Origin: an uncultured Candidatus Poseidoniales archaeon
Lineage (GTDB): Archaea > Thermoplasmatota > Poseidoniia > Poseidoniales > Thalassarchaeaceae
Length of the DNA: 64,000 nucleotides
Assembly (NCBI GenBank): GCA_964013425.1
Contig: CAXGWC010000006.1
Span: 7,083-71,082, forward strand
Reading direction: 5' to 3'
Part shown: positions 9,942 through 20,022 of the stretch, in pieces
How positions within the stretch are numbered: the stretch's first letter is position 1
Layout of the letters: each line of letters begins with the position of its first letter
The notes under the pieces: model-generated
Seen by the model: the letters and a program-made list of their open reading frames with translations, nothing else
Database searches by the model: none
What the model was told of the DNA's origin: nothing
Position numbers and translations under genes: made by a program

Positions 9942-10643
9942 ATGAATAGTAGGCCGGTCGGGCAGCTCGATAACATGAGTATTGAGAGCAACGCGGACAG
10001 TCCGCGAGACACGCAACGCACCCTCGTCGTTGTGCCAGGAGAAGACCTTGGATCATCAGAGGGGATTGAAGCTGGACATGGCGTTTTAGTCGTCGGTGAC
10101 AGAATCATATCGACAAAACAAGGAAAAATGAGAAGAAAGGGAAATACAATTTCTGTTAGCCCTCTGCACACGAGATATATGCCCAGGCCTGGAGACTTAG
10201 TGATAGGTCACATAGAGGGATGTACCAACAACATATGGTTTGTTGACATAGGCGCCCCATTCAACTCAATTCTACCAATGAGTCTCGGCCCATCTAAGGT
10301 TGAGTTTGGAGGGACAAGGAAAATATTAGACATTGGTGACTCCATTCTTTGCAGAGTTCAGGAGGTTGAAGAAACACATCAGAGTGTCGTCACAATGAAG
10401 GGAATGGGTCTCAGAAAGATTCGTTCGGGAGCATTGGATGAATTAGATCCTCACCTCCTAGGTAAGCTCATAGGAAAAGGAGGGGCATTCCTCAGGGAAA
10501 TGAAAATGCAGACTGACTGTAGAATAGTTGTCGCCGATAACGGCCGTCTCTGGATTGATGGGGAGCTTGAAAATATATTAGAGGTCAGAGAGAGGATTAA
10601 TAGCATATCTTCAGAGGCCAAAAAGATAGGAGTTGATGCATAG
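9942..10643 (+). CDS. rrp4: exosome complex RNA-binding subunit Rrp4 (S1 + KH)
   Basis: S1-like PRPGDLVIGHI...WFVDIG and a KH domain GKLIGKGGAFLREM. Ordered before rrp41 and rrp42. A TTG at 9903 is an alternative start. Confidence 0.85.
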   Translation: MNSRPVGQLDNMSIESNADSPRDTQRTLVVVPGEDLGSSEGIEAGHGVLVVGDRIISTKQGKMRRKGNTISVSPLHTRYMPRPGDLVIGHIEGCTNNIWFVDIGAPFNSILPMSLGPSKVEFGGTRKILDIGDSILCRVQEVEETHQSVVTMKGMGLRKIRSGALDELDPHLLGKLIGKGGAFLREMKMQTDCRIVVADNGRLWIDGELENILEVRERINSISSEAKKIGVDA

Positions 10644-11359
10644 TGGGTGGTTACGGAGATGTTCAGATGATTGATGAAAACGGACTGAGAATGGACGGCA
10701 GAAAGCCAGGAGATCTTAGGCCAATATCAATCGAAACCGGTGTAATTCCCGTCGCAGATGGCTCATGCAGGATGGTTTGGGGTACCAATGAGGCCATAGT
10801 CGCAGTTTACGGGCCGATGGAAGCACACCCTAGAAAGATCCAACGTCAAGACAGGGCAGTCATAGATGTCGCGTACAACATGGCGCCCTTCTCAACAACC
10901 GATAGGATAAGGCCAGGATTCAATCGTCGAAGCAGGGAAATAAGTAAAGTGACCAAAGATGCCTTGGAAAGCGTAGTTCTGTTGGAGTTATACCCAAGAT
11001 CAAAGATTAGAGTAAGTATCGAAATAGTTTCCGCAGAAGCAGGAACTAGATGCGTAGGACTCACCGCCGCCTCAGTCGCCCTTGCTGATGCTGGAATTCC
11101 AATGACGGACATGGTCATAAGTGTGGCTAGCGGTAAGGTCAACGACGTTGTAGTTTGTGACCTCAACAAAGAAGAGGACAATTACGGGGAAGCAGATTTA
11201 CCCATGGGAATACTCCCTAATACGGGAGAGCTAGTTTTCCTACAAATGGATGGTGACTTATCACCAGATGAGTTCAAGCAGGCATGGGATTACAATGTAG
11301 ACGCCGCCATGGAAGTCCACAAACTAATGGTTGACGCACTAAAGAGAGGTGACAATTGA
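10643..11359 (+). CDS. rrp41: exosome complex exonuclease Rrp41 (RNase PH fold)
   Basis: GLRMDGRKPGDLRP, PDGSCRM-like and FNRRSREISK motifs. The GTG start overlaps the rrp4 stop. Confidence 0.9.
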   Translation: MGGYGDVQMIDENGLRMDGRKPGDLRPISIETGVIPVADGSCRMVWGTNEAIVAVYGPMEAHPRKIQRQDRAVIDVAYNMAPFSTTDRIRPGFNRRSREISKVTKDALESVVLLELYPRSKIRVSIEIVSAEAGTRCVGLTAASVALADAGIPMTDMVISVASGKVNDVVVCDLNKEEDNYGEADLPMGILPNTGELVFLQMDGDLSPDEFKQAWDYNVDAAMEVHKLMVDALKRGDN

Positions 11360-12132
11360 TGTCTGCCCCAACAATCCCCAATCTACTTAGGGATCATCTC
11401 GCTGATCTCGCACAAAACGACTCTAGACTGGACGGTAGAGAGCAGTTTGGGGCTAGAGAACTCAAATTAGAAACAGGAATTCTCCCAAGGGCTGAAGGTT
11501 CCGCCAGAGTCACAATGGGTAATACCATAGTATTGGCAGGGGTCAAGTTCCAGCTAATGACTCCATATCCAGACAGACCCAATCAAGGTGGTTTGATGTG
11601 TTCATGTGAGGTAAGGCCGATAGCGGGAAGACACTGGGAGGCAGGACCGCCCAGTCCCGAAGCAATAGAGCTTGGAAGAGTGGTAGATCGTGGAATCAGA
11701 GAATCTGGTTGTATCGATGTTGACGACCTCTGTATTATTCCCGGCGAAAAGGCTTGGCAGGTCATTCTAGACCTCCATGCAATATCTGATGACGGGAACC
11801 TATTCGATGCATTCGCCTTAGCTGGTATAGCCGCTCTAAGGAGCGCCACAGTTCCTGCAGAGAGATTTGAAGTAGGTCAAGATTCACCTCTTAAAGTGTC
11901 CAAAAAGCCCATTATGTGCTCCTACCACAAGGTTGGTGGAAGGTTTGTTTATGACGCATCATATAAGGAAGAACTTGGAGGAGATGAGAGAATTCACATT
12001 ACCCTAGGAGATGATGATCACGTCCACTCTCTCCAGAAGGGTCTAAAGGGAATCTTCACGGCAGACGAGTTTGAAGAGATAATGGAGCACGCCAAGACTA
12101 GGTGCGCCGAGTTAAGGAAAATAGTAGACTGA
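11359..12132 (+). CDS. rrp42: exosome complex subunit Rrp42 (RNase PH fold, non-catalytic)
   Basis: RLDGREQFGARELKLETGILPRAEGSARV. The ATG overlaps the rrp41 TGA. Confidence 0.88.
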   Translation: MSAPTIPNLLRDHLADLAQNDSRLDGREQFGARELKLETGILPRAEGSARVTMGNTIVLAGVKFQLMTPYPDRPNQGGLMCSCEVRPIAGRHWEAGPPSPEAIELGRVVDRGIRESGCIDVDDLCIIPGEKAWQVILDLHAISDDGNLFDAFALAGIAALRSATVPAERFEVGQDSPLKVSKKPIMCSYHKVGGRFVYDASYKEELGGDERIHITLGDDDHVHSLQKGLKGIFTADEFEEIMEHAKTRCAELRKIVD

Positions 12133-12144
12133 TTGGTGATTTAG

Positions 12145-12513
12145 ATGGCAAAGAGAACACAAAAAGCAGGCCTAACAGCGCGCTTTGGATCTAGATACGG
12201 AGTAAGTGTGAGGAGGAGAGCGGGCTCGGCTCTCAGGAAAAAGTCAAGACTCTACGTATGCCCTTCCTGTCAGTATCGAAAGGTCAGGAGGAAATCTGCA
12301 GGAATCTGGGAATGCAAGAAATGTAACTACACATTTACAGGAGGAGTTTGGGAACCCTTTACCAGGGCTTCTGATGCAAATAACAGGGTGGTAAGAAGAT
12401 CAATGGAAGGAGCAACGGCTACCGATATGGCTGTCATCGCCCAGCAGGCAGCTCTTGATTTTGAAAGAAAATTAGTGGGGGCGGACGAAGTTGCCGACTC
12501 TGAGGAAGAATGA
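12145..12513 (+). CDS. rpl37ae: 50S ribosomal protein L37Ae (eL43) with extended acidic C-terminus
   Basis: AKRTQKAGLTARFGSRYG plus zinc ribbon CPSC...CKKC. At 122 aa it is about 30 aa longer than usual. Confidence 0.9.
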   Translation: MAKRTQKAGLTARFGSRYGVSVRRRAGSALRKKSRLYVCPSCQYRKVRRKSAGIWECKKCNYTFTGGVWEPFTRASDANNRVVRRSMEGATATDMAVIAQQAALDFERKLVGADEVADSEEE

Positions 12514-12733
12514 GGGTACAATCTCTCTATACCTAGATTTTCCACACTCTGAAGCGAAGCATATCGCCAATGGACTCAAGACTGAATCAGACTTTTCCGA
12601 GAACAATGGGGTAATCTCAATCTCAATATCATCAAATAATTTTTCAGATCTCAGGGCTATATGGAATTCTACCATGAGAGGTATAATAGCATCCGAGCAA
12701 GCTTTGAATGCAATAAAGGAATCAGGTGAATAA
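12491..12733 (+). CDS. pcc1: KEOPS subunit Pcc1-like protein
   Basis: 80 aa with the pattern LxLxFPxxxxAxxIxxxLxxE...ISISxxxxxFSDLRAIWNSxMR, typical of Pcc1/CTAG. Sits in the position known for the archaeal exosome superoperon. A TTG start is inferred. Confidence 0.6.
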   Translation: MPTLRKNEGTISLYLDFPHSEAKHIANGLKTESDFSENNGVISISISSNNFSDLRAIWNSTMRGIIASEQALNAIKESGE

Positions 12734-12734
12734 T

Positions 12735-13058
12735 ATGAGTACCAATAATGACGTAGCAGAGGCCCTAAAGGCAGTAGCTCAAGACTTACAGACAACGCTG
12801 GCACAAATGCAAAACGTCACAACCCAACTAAGCGAGTTGACAATCACGATCGATGCCTTATCGACACAGAATCCCTCAAAGCCGGTTTACAGGGCTATTG
12901 GAAGCCTTCTTCTCGAGGTAGAAGATAGAGAATCATTGAAGAATGACCTGGAGCAATCCATGAGTGCTTTCCAAGAACACATGGATAGGCTCTCCTCCAA
13001 AGAGAGAGAGCTCAGAGAAAAATACGATAGTTTAGTTACAGCATATGAATCAAAGTGA
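12735..13058 (+). CDS. pfdB: prefoldin subunit beta
   Basis: Coiled coil - beta hairpin (VYRAIGSLLLEV) - coiled coil architecture, about 108 aa, in the superoperon context. Confidence 0.8.
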   Translation: MSTNNDVAEALKAVAQDLQTTLAQMQNVTTQLSELTITIDALSTQNPSKPVYRAIGSLLLEVEDRESLKNDLEQSMSAFQEHMDRLSSKERELREKYDSLVTAYESK

Positions 13059-13893
13059 GAATATGTCAGGGAGAGACTCTGAAGGAAGTGTTCTGAGTGA
13101 CGACTTAGAGTACATGCTTCTTCTTCTTTCAAAGGGGAACGCATCCGATGCTAGGGAGCTCTCAGACTCAATACTAGAGAGATCTAGATCCGCTTCTGAG
13201 AGAAATCATGACATTGAGGCCAGGGTTAGGTTAGAGAGGGCACTCATAGGGGCGGTGCCGGAGGAGATGATTGGCCCCGAGTTGAGATGGTGTGTAGATA
13301 GACTGAATGCAATTTCTAGTGGCTCTTCCGTACACGGGCTTGCTCTCCTAAATCTAGCTACATGGCACGCAAATCGAGGCGAGTTGATGATGGCTTTAGC
13401 CACACACTCTGAAATCTCAGTAAATAACGGTCATCCCCTTGACATCAATTCACTGTCAAGGCTGGAAGTTGGTAGAATTCTTAGCTCTATGAATGACTAT
13501 GGCCCAGCAATGAGGCATCTATGGTCTGCCAGATCGGGATTCATAGAACTTGGAATGTCCCCCGAGGCCATCGCAGCCTCCCTTGAATGGCTTGATTTAG
13601 CTCTTGATGATATAACTGATGATTCTCCAACAATGGCCTCCAGAATAGAAGAGGCGAAACCACGTCATGGACCTGGAAATACCACATTTCCGTCTAACCC
13701 GTCTGATGTCACCTCCATTGTAGAATATTTATTCCCAATACTGACTCAAGACCTATCTGGAAAATCAAGATTAGACATAGGGCTAATCATCGAGGCTTCA
13801 GAGAAAATGAATAGGCAAGTTTGGAAGGATGCCATAGCCTCCAGGAAGGATGAGATTCAGGACCCGAACCTTTTGGAAGTATTCCAATCATGA
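13045..13893 (+). CDS. hypothetical all-helical (TPR-like) protein
   Basis: ORF with helical-repeat-like composition. No specific motif. Confidence 0.5.
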   Translation: MNQSENMSGRDSEGSVLSDDLEYMLLLLSKGNASDARELSDSILERSRSASERNHDIEARVRLERALIGAVPEEMIGPELRWCVDRLNAISSGSSVHGLALLNLATWHANRGELMMALATHSEISVNNGHPLDINSLSRLEVGRILSSMNDYGPAMRHLWSARSGFIELGMSPEAIAASLEWLDLALDDITDDSPTMASRIEEAKPRHGPGNTTFPSNPSDVTSIVEYLFPILTQDLSGKSRLDIGLIIEASEKMNRQVWKDAIASRKDEIQDPNLLEVFQS

Positions 13894-14252
13894 TTCTTCA
13901 CTCTGATGATTTCTTGCTCTTCCCAAGCAAGTCTTGCTGGCACTTCAATACACCATCCAACTTCCTCTATAGAGGGATCATCCGACTCCCACGGATTCGG
14001 GAACGGTGATACATCTACCTCGACAAGAACTACCACTCCGCCTTCTATGATATCCTGATCATAGGAGACAGCGGTTCCTAGCAGACCCGTCTCTTCATAC
14101 AATTCCCTCAAGGCCGCTACATCCCATTCCTCGTCTTCGTTGATATTCCCTCCAGGAAGCTCCCAGCCTCTCTCTTTGTGCAATACCATTACCCATGGAT
14201 TACCAAACTCTTCGCCCTTACTGGAATATGTCCAACATAATACGAACATCAA
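13857..14252 (-). CDS. NUDIX hydrolase
   Basis: Nudix box GGNINEDEEWDVAALRELYEETGL (GX5EX7REUXEEXGU). Confidence 0.85.
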   Translation of the reverse strand: MMFVLCWTYSSKGEEFGNPWVMVLHKERGWELPGGNINEDEEWDVAALRELYEETGLLGTAVSYDQDIIEGGVVVLVEVDVSPFPNPWESDDPSIEEVGWCIEVPARLAWEEQEIIRVKNHDWNTSKRFGS

Positions 14253-15244
14253 ACTCTCTCCATCTTCTTCCGCAACTCTTGATTAATTTCAAGAGCCCCT
14301 TCTATTCCTTGTGCGGCCATCCGCCTAGTCATGAAGAAGGCTTCAGATAGCCTCCCTTCGTTAACTAATTCCTCCACCTCTCTAATCGGATCTTCGTCAA
14401 CATCTTCCGCTACATTAACATACGCGCTGTCCGGAGTTGCCATATCCTCCATCTTCCTAAGGAAATCAACTCTCTGTCCTATTCCCGGTGACTTCCATTT
14501 TCTCTTGCCCTTTCCATCCAGCTCAGCCTCCATCCTAGATTTGAACTCGTCTCTAACTGTGGTACTGGGGAAACAAATCTGAGCCTGATCATAGCAAAGC
14601 CAGGCATCACTATACTCCTTTCTCCTCTCATGCATTCTTCCTAACGATGCCCATGCCTCATGATTAGTCGGCCGCTGTGCAAGGATAATCTTCGAAAGAC
14701 GAATGAATTGGTCTTCGTCACCCGAATCTCTTATTCTCTCAATTCTTCTTGAGAACAGTAGATTTGCTCTCCTATCCCTGAGGTCGAGTTTGCTAGTCCT
14801 GTCAAGAAATTCAGTCAGGACATCCTGAGACTCACAGGCCATTTTCCACCAAACGTCTGGATCCAGGGGATCAGCTTCAAGGGAAGCGAGAAGCAAGCCG
14901 TACCCCGAGGTCAAAAAATCAATATGTTCCAATTGCTTAAGGTGCTCAGGCTTTCTCCCAAGTACCGAAAACAGGTCTTCTAGTGCAGACCTAATCCCTT
15001 CCGAGTCTCCAAGAAGGGATTTCACCCTTACCAGAACTTTCCAATTTTCAGCATTAGTAAAATCATGTAATACTGCCTGCCTAGCGCTTTGCTCCCCCCA
15101 CTTTAAGTTCACCAATCGCTCTTGAATCACACGACCTTGTTCATCCAATGCAAGGTTGACATATTTCTGGGATTGACTTCTATGCCTGTCTCCAAGGCTC
15201 CTCCTAGGGTGTTGCAGACTATCTGCAATATCTGAACTTGACAT
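14249..15244 (-). CDS. hypothetical TPR-like helical repeat protein
   Basis: ORF with TPR-like segments (WASLGRMHERRKEYSDAWLCYDQAQ). Start set at ATG 15244 so that it does not overlap the UbiD-family gene. Confidence 0.55.
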   Translation of the reverse strand: MSSSDIADSLQHPRRSLGDRHRSQSQKYVNLALDEQGRVIQERLVNLKWGEQSARQAVLHDFTNAENWKVLVRVKSLLGDSEGIRSALEDLFSVLGRKPEHLKQLEHIDFLTSGYGLLLASLEADPLDPDVWWKMACESQDVLTEFLDRTSKLDLRDRRANLLFSRRIERIRDSGDEDQFIRLSKIILAQRPTNHEAWASLGRMHERRKEYSDAWLCYDQAQICFPSTTVRDEFKSRMEAELDGKGKRKWKSPGIGQRVDFLRKMEDMATPDSAYVNVAEDVDEDPIREVEELVNEGRLSEAFFMTRRMAAQGIEGALEINQELRKKMERV

Positions 15245-15251
15245 ATTGACC

Positions 15252-16565
15252 TCACAAAACCGATTCGAAGGGAGATCTATCGGCACCAGGGATTAGGGTT
15301 GCATCCATCCCAATCTTACTTGTCACGCCATCCTCCGACCTACTGGGATCGAGACTAGAACCCCTCTGTCCACTCATGATTATGGTATCTTTGTCCGGTT
15401 GCCATCTGGTCATAAGTGCCCACTCCACTCTTTTCGGATCCGAGATATCTATATCTTCATCGACCACAACTACCTGTTTCATTGAAGGGTGTCCTCTGAA
15501 GGCCGCCTCTATGGCCTGCATCCCGTCCCCCTCATTTTTGGGAATAATCTGGACTACTGAAGACAGCCATCCACACCCTCCATCGGTCATGTGAACATCC
15601 ACACATTCGACTACTTTGGAAACTGCATTCTTTATTGTTGGGGCTCTAGGCATACCCATCAGTGTCCTATGTTCAATACCAGTTGGAATTAGGGCATGGA
15701 AAATCGGGTTTACCCGATGGTGAACATGGTCATATTCAATCACATGCTCCTGCCTAATGTCATCCACAGTCCCAGTGATGTCGACATAGGGCCCCTCATC
15801 ATCTCTCTCGGTGGTTATCCTGGCCTCCATAGCATACTCTGCATCCGCTGGAACCATAACCCCGTTAGGTAATATAACGACCTTCAGAGGAGAACCATGC
15901 AATCTCATGTGCAAAGAAGAAGCGACCGTCAACTCGTCAACATAGTCTGAGAATGACATAGCTGCTGCCAACAATACTGTAGGGTCTGGGCCATTGACTA
16001 CGGCAATGGGCACGTCGTCGCCCGCTTCTGCTGCTTCTGTACTGATCGTCCTTAGGTGCCTAGGAACTAACCTAGCCACTGTATGATTCCCATCTCTCAG
16101 CAATTGTCGATGGATGGAAAGATTCCGTACTCCTGAATACTGAGCAACTATAATTGATGCAGATTGATACCTGCCCCCGTCCTCATGAAAGTGCCAAGGG
16201 ATGGGAAGCTTCCTCAGATCTACTTCCTCTTGGCCTGATTGCATTACGGGTGCGTCAGATGCATCCACAACTTCGGGCTCAGAAGGATTTTCCATCGCCC
16301 ACGCAAGTACATCTATCAAATCACCAGGTGAAATGTTGAACATTTCACACAATCTAGACTTCTCCAGAACGTTCAGAGCTGCCCTGTGCCCCGGGGCCTC
16401 GTCAATGTTATTGAAAACCAAAGGGATATCCCCCATCTTGTTCGAAGCTTCAATCATACCGTGTAAAACACTGATTGATTCCTGTACATTATGAACGCCA
16501 CTGAGCATGTCACGGAAGGCCATATTGGGGGGCGGGGTCAATACATGCTTGAATGTTGGTGACAT
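15252..16565 (-). CDS. UbiD-family (prenyl-FMN dependent) decarboxylase
   Basis: Overall UbiD layout (NVxE...; PIPWHFHEDGGRYxSAS; ITGTVDD). At 437 aa it is shorter than bacterial UbiD. Confidence 0.75.
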   Translation of the reverse strand: MSPTFKHVLTPPPNMAFRDMLSGVHNVQESISVLHGMIEASNKMGDIPLVFNNIDEAPGHRAALNVLEKSRLCEMFNISPGDLIDVLAWAMENPSEPEVVDASDAPVMQSGQEEVDLRKLPIPWHFHEDGGRYQSASIIVAQYSGVRNLSIHRQLLRDGNHTVARLVPRHLRTISTEAAEAGDDVPIAVVNGPDPTVLLAAAMSFSDYVDELTVASSLHMRLHGSPLKVVILPNGVMVPADAEYAMEARITTERDDEGPYVDITGTVDDIRQEHVIEYDHVHHRVNPIFHALIPTGIEHRTLMGMPRAPTIKNAVSKVVECVDVHMTDGGCGWLSSVVQIIPKNEGDGMQAIEAAFRGHPSMKQVVVVDEDIDISDPKRVEWALMTRWQPDKDTIIMSGQRGSSLDPSRSEDGVTSKIGMDATLIPGADRSPFESVL

Positions 16566-16655
16566 TATCCTCTCTAGGGCCCACTAAGTCGAGGCTATCC
16601 CGTCACGCTCTTATACCCCATGAGGGTCGGCATGACATCATTCTGAGGTGTTACT

Positions 16656-17096
16656 TTGGGTAGAGGTCTTTTCTCCGGGCAGAAGATGAAGTCCGATAGG
16701 AAGAGATATCGCTGGAAGGAGCGTAAGTTTAGGGATCGACAATTCAAGCGACAGAGGGGCGGTGTTCTGAAGCACGATCCTCTGATGGGCAGTACACAAG
16801 CAAAGGGAATTGTGGTAGAGAAAGTTGGTTTTGAGGCTAAACAACCTAATTCTGGAATCAGAAAAGCAGTCAAGATTAGTCTGATTAAAACTGGCAACAG
16901 ACTTACTGCTTTCGCACCCGGTGATGGTGCTATCTCATTCATTGATGAACACGACGAAGTATTAGTCGAGGGTATCGGAGGAAGCAAAGGACGATCTTAC
17001 GGAGATATCCCAGGTGTCAGATACAAGGTCATCAAGGTAAACGGCGTATCTTTGGATGAAATGGTCAGGGGCCGGAAAGAGAAACCGATAAGGTAG
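16656..17096 (+). CDS. rps12: 30S ribosomal protein S12 (uS12)
   Basis: [32 protein letters not shown]...[19 protein letters not shown] start. Confidence 0.95.
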   Translation: MGRGLFSGQKMKSDRKRYRWKERKFRDRQFKRQRGGVLKHDPLMGSTQAKGIVVEKVGFEAKQPNSGIRKAVKISLIKTGNRLTAFAPGDGAISFIDEHDEVLVEGIGGSKGRSYGDIPGVRYKVIKVNGVSLDEMVRGRKEKPIR

Positions 17097-17104
17097 GTAT
17101 CGAG

Positions 17105-17722
17105 ATGTCCGAAGAAGAGACCCGCGAAGATTCTAGGGTGGAAGCACCTATTGCCGGAATCGGGACCATGGTCTTTGGGAAGTGGGACGCCACAGAAGTT
17201 ACTTGCTCAGATCCCGGTCTTGCGCCCTACATCAACTTGACAACAATCGGAACGCCCCACAGCGGAGGGCGACACGCTAACGCTTGGTTCGGCAAGGCAA
17301 AGCTTTCCGTTGTTGAAAGATTCATCAATAATCTGATGAGGACTGGTAAATTCTCAGGAAAGAAGCAACATTGTGCTAAGGCATATGAAGCCGCGCTAGA
17401 TTCAATCAACAGTAGGACAGGGGAGAACCCCCTTCAGTCATTCATTGATGCCATTGTTGAGGCTTCACCATGCGAAGAAATAACCAGAATTAAGCAGGGT
17501 GCAGTAAGTACACCTAAGGCTGTAGATTCATCCCCCAGTAGAAGATTAGATATCGCATTAAGAAACCTCGCAATAGGATGTACATCCGCCACAGCCGGTA
17601 GTAAGAGAACTCTTGTTCAAGGCATAGTTAGCGAGATAACTAAGGCGGCCGAGGGAGATGTTGCATCTTACTCCATAGGGAAGAGGGAAGAAATCGAGCG
17701 TATAGCCGCCTCTGCAAGATAA
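17105..17722 (+). CDS. rps7: 30S ribosomal protein S7 (uS7)
   Basis: Position after uS12, plus FINNLMRTGK...GKK and C-terminal KREEIERIAASAR. Confidence 0.92.
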   Translation: MSEEETREDSRVEAPIAGIGTMVFGKWDATEVTCSDPGLAPYINLTTIGTPHSGGRHANAWFGKAKLSVVERFINNLMRTGKFSGKKQHCAKAYEAALDSINSRTGENPLQSFIDAIVEASPCEEITRIKQGAVSTPKAVDSSPSRRLDIALRNLAIGCTSATAGSKRTLVQGIVSEITKAAEGDVASYSIGKREEIERIAASAR

Positions 17723-17813
17723 TTTTCCTACACCCTTACAGTCATGTTTTACTTCTCTCCACAATCGGATTTATGAACCACAGTCAGGTGGACGGGAATA
17801 TTGAGGAATTAAG

Positions 17814-20021
17814 ATGGGTCGTAAGGAAGACAACATCAAGAGAGCTACAGAGATAATGCATGACCGTGAGCATATCAGAAATATTGCAATAGCCGCACAT
17901 ATCGATCACGGGAAGACTACCCTTTCAGACAACCTGATTGCTGGTGCAGGAATGATGTCTGAAGAATTAGCAGGTAAGTCCAGGGTCCTAGATTTTGACG
18001 AACAAGAAAGCGCCCGAGGCATCACTATCAACGCGGCTAGCGCCTCCATGGTCCACGTTGTCGATGGGCAGGACTATCTGATTAATCTCATTGACACTCC
18101 CGGTCACGTTGATTTCGGGGGAGATGTCACCAGGGCAATGAGGGCAGTTGATGGATGCATCATTCTAGCTTGTGCTGTCGAAGGTACAATGCCACAAACA
18201 GAGACTGTAGTACGACAAGCATTGAAAGAAAAGGTTAGGCCTGTTCTTTTCATCAACAAAGTAGACCGGCTAATCAACGAGTTACAAATTGATGGGCCCG
18301 AAATGATGAGTAGGTTTGAGAAGATTATTACTAAGGTAAACAAGCTGATATCCACATATGCCCCTGAAGATCTTGGCAAGGAATGGCAAGTTTCTGTACA
18401 GAAGGGTACAGTTGCATTTGGATCAGCGTACTACAACTGGGGGATGTCAATACCTTACATGCAGAAGAGTAACATTAACTTTAAGCAGATATTCGAATAT
18501 TGTCACGATGACAATCAGAAAGAACTTGCAAAGCTCGCACCCGTACACACAGTTCTTCTGGATATGACAGTCGAAAAGCACCCCTCTCCCGTAGTTGCTC
18601 AGAGGTATAGAATACCAAATATCTGGCAAGGGGACTTAGACTCCGGTGTCGGCAAGGCAATGATGGAGTGTGATCCTGATGGCCCTCTATCTCTCATGAT
18701 AACCAAGATATGGATGGATCCACATGCTGGTGAGGTAGCTGTTGGGAGGGTGTATTCCGGACGGATTAAGCACGGTGAATCTGTATGGGCAATAGGATCG
18801 GCCAAGGCTGAGAGAGTTCAGCAGGTTGGTATGATGGTTGGAGGAGATAGAATCTCTACCTCAGAGGTGACATCAGGAAATATCGCCGCAATTACAGGGA
18901 TTAGAAGTGCCGCGGCAGGAGTTACAATTGCAAGGGAGAAAGACGCTCCTCCGTTCGAAGCGATAAGGCATATTTCTGAACCCGTGGTCACAGTTGCGGT
19001 AGAACCGAAGTCAATGAAGGACCTGCCCAAGTTCATCGACGCACTCAGGGGGCTCGCGAAAGCAGACGCATCACTAGAGGTATCTACAAACCAAGAGACT
19101 GGTGAGGCTTTACTAGCCGGTATGGGTGAGTTGCATCTTGAAATTACTGTTTACAGACTAGAAGAAGAGCAGGGCATCAAAGTCAAGGTCAGTGAGCCAA
19201 TCGTTGTCTACAGAGAATCTGTTCAATCTGATAACAAGGGAAGGCCATTTGAAGGAAAGTCTCCCAATAGGCATAACAGATTCTATGTAGAGGCAGAGCC
19301 TCTCCCTGACATCGTCGTCGAGAAACTAAGGGCTGGTGAATTCAGAGATGGTACTGTCAGATCCAAAGATGCAAAGGAAATAGGAGATCAATTCGCCGAA
19401 CTAGGCATGAACAAGGACTTGATGAGAAAGATTTACGCTATCAATGGAACAAACGTCCTTGTAAATGACACCAAGGGAATTCAGAATCTTCATGAGACTA
19501 GGGAGCTTATCATAGATGGATTCAATGATGTCTGCAAGAAGGGCCCAGTTGCTGATGAGCCTTTAATGGGAGTCATGGTAAGGCTTGTTGACGCCAAACT
19601 ACACGAGGACGCCATCCACAGGGGACCAGCTCAAACTATTCCCGCTGTGAGGAACGCTGTCAAGGGAGCTTTCATGAGATCAAGACCTGTAATCTTCGAA
19701 CCAATTCAGAAAATCCAGATAGACTCTCCCAACGACGTGATTGGCGGAGTTACCAGAGAAGTCTCCACAAGAAGGGGGATAATTGAGGACATGCCTGTCG
19801 AGGATGGAGTTACCAAGGTAATTGGTACGATTCCCGTTGCTGAGACATTCGGGTTCTCCAATGACATTAGGGCAGCGAGCCAAGGAAGAGCGATTTGGAA
19901 TATGGAAAATGCAGGCTTCGTTCACCTGCCCCCTAATCTGTATGAGAAGGTTACAGCCGAGATCAGGGAAAGAAAGGGACTGAAGCCGGAGATTCCAGGT
20001 GAGACCCACTATCAGGATTAG
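17814..20021 (+). CDS. fusA: translation elongation factor 2 (aEF-2)
   Basis: GTPase motifs AHIDHGKTT, DTPGHVDF and NKVD. Diphthamide-site loop HEDAIHRGPAQ. 735 aa. Confidence 0.97.
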   Translation: MGRKEDNIKRATEIMHDREHIRNIAIAAHIDHGKTTLSDNLIAGAGMMSEELAGKSRVLDFDEQESARGITINAASASMVHVVDGQDYLINLIDTPGHVDFGGDVTRAMRAVDGCIILACAVEGTMPQTETVVRQALKEKVRPVLFINKVDRLINELQIDGPEMMSRFEKIITKVNKLISTYAPEDLGKEWQVSVQKGTVAFGSAYYNWGMSIPYMQKSNINFKQIFEYCHDDNQKELAKLAPVHTVLLDMTVEKHPSPVVAQRYRIPNIWQGDLDSGVGKAMMECDPDGPLSLMITKIWMDPHAGEVAVGRVYSGRIKHGESVWAIGSAKAERVQQVGMMVGGDRISTSEVTSGNIAAITGIRSAAAGVTIAREKDAPPFEAIRHISEPVVTVAVEPKSMKDLPKFIDALRGLAKADASLEVSTNQETGEALLAGMGELHLEITVYRLEEEQGIKVKVSEPIVVYRESVQSDNKGRPFEGKSPNRHNRFYVEAEPLPDIVVEKLRAGEFRDGTVRSKDAKEIGDQFAELGMNKDLMRKIYAINGTNVLVNDTKGIQNLHETRELIIDGFNDVCKKGPVADEPLMGVMVRLVDAKLHEDAIHRGPAQTIPAVRNAVKGAFMRSRPVIFEPIQKIQIDSPNDVIGGVTREVSTRRGIIEDMPVEDGVTKVIGTIPVAETFGFSNDIRAASQGRAIWNMENAGFVHLPPNLYEKVTAEIRERKGLKPEIPGETHYQD

Positions 20022-20022
20022 T

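Noticed and set aside
17814-20021. Inteins or other insertions in the large housekeeping genes (aEF-2, PAN, MetRS, ProRS, PriS, MCM)
   Set aside because: All have lengths and contiguous motifs consistent with uninterrupted proteins. No Cys/Ser...HN splice-junction blocks were seen.
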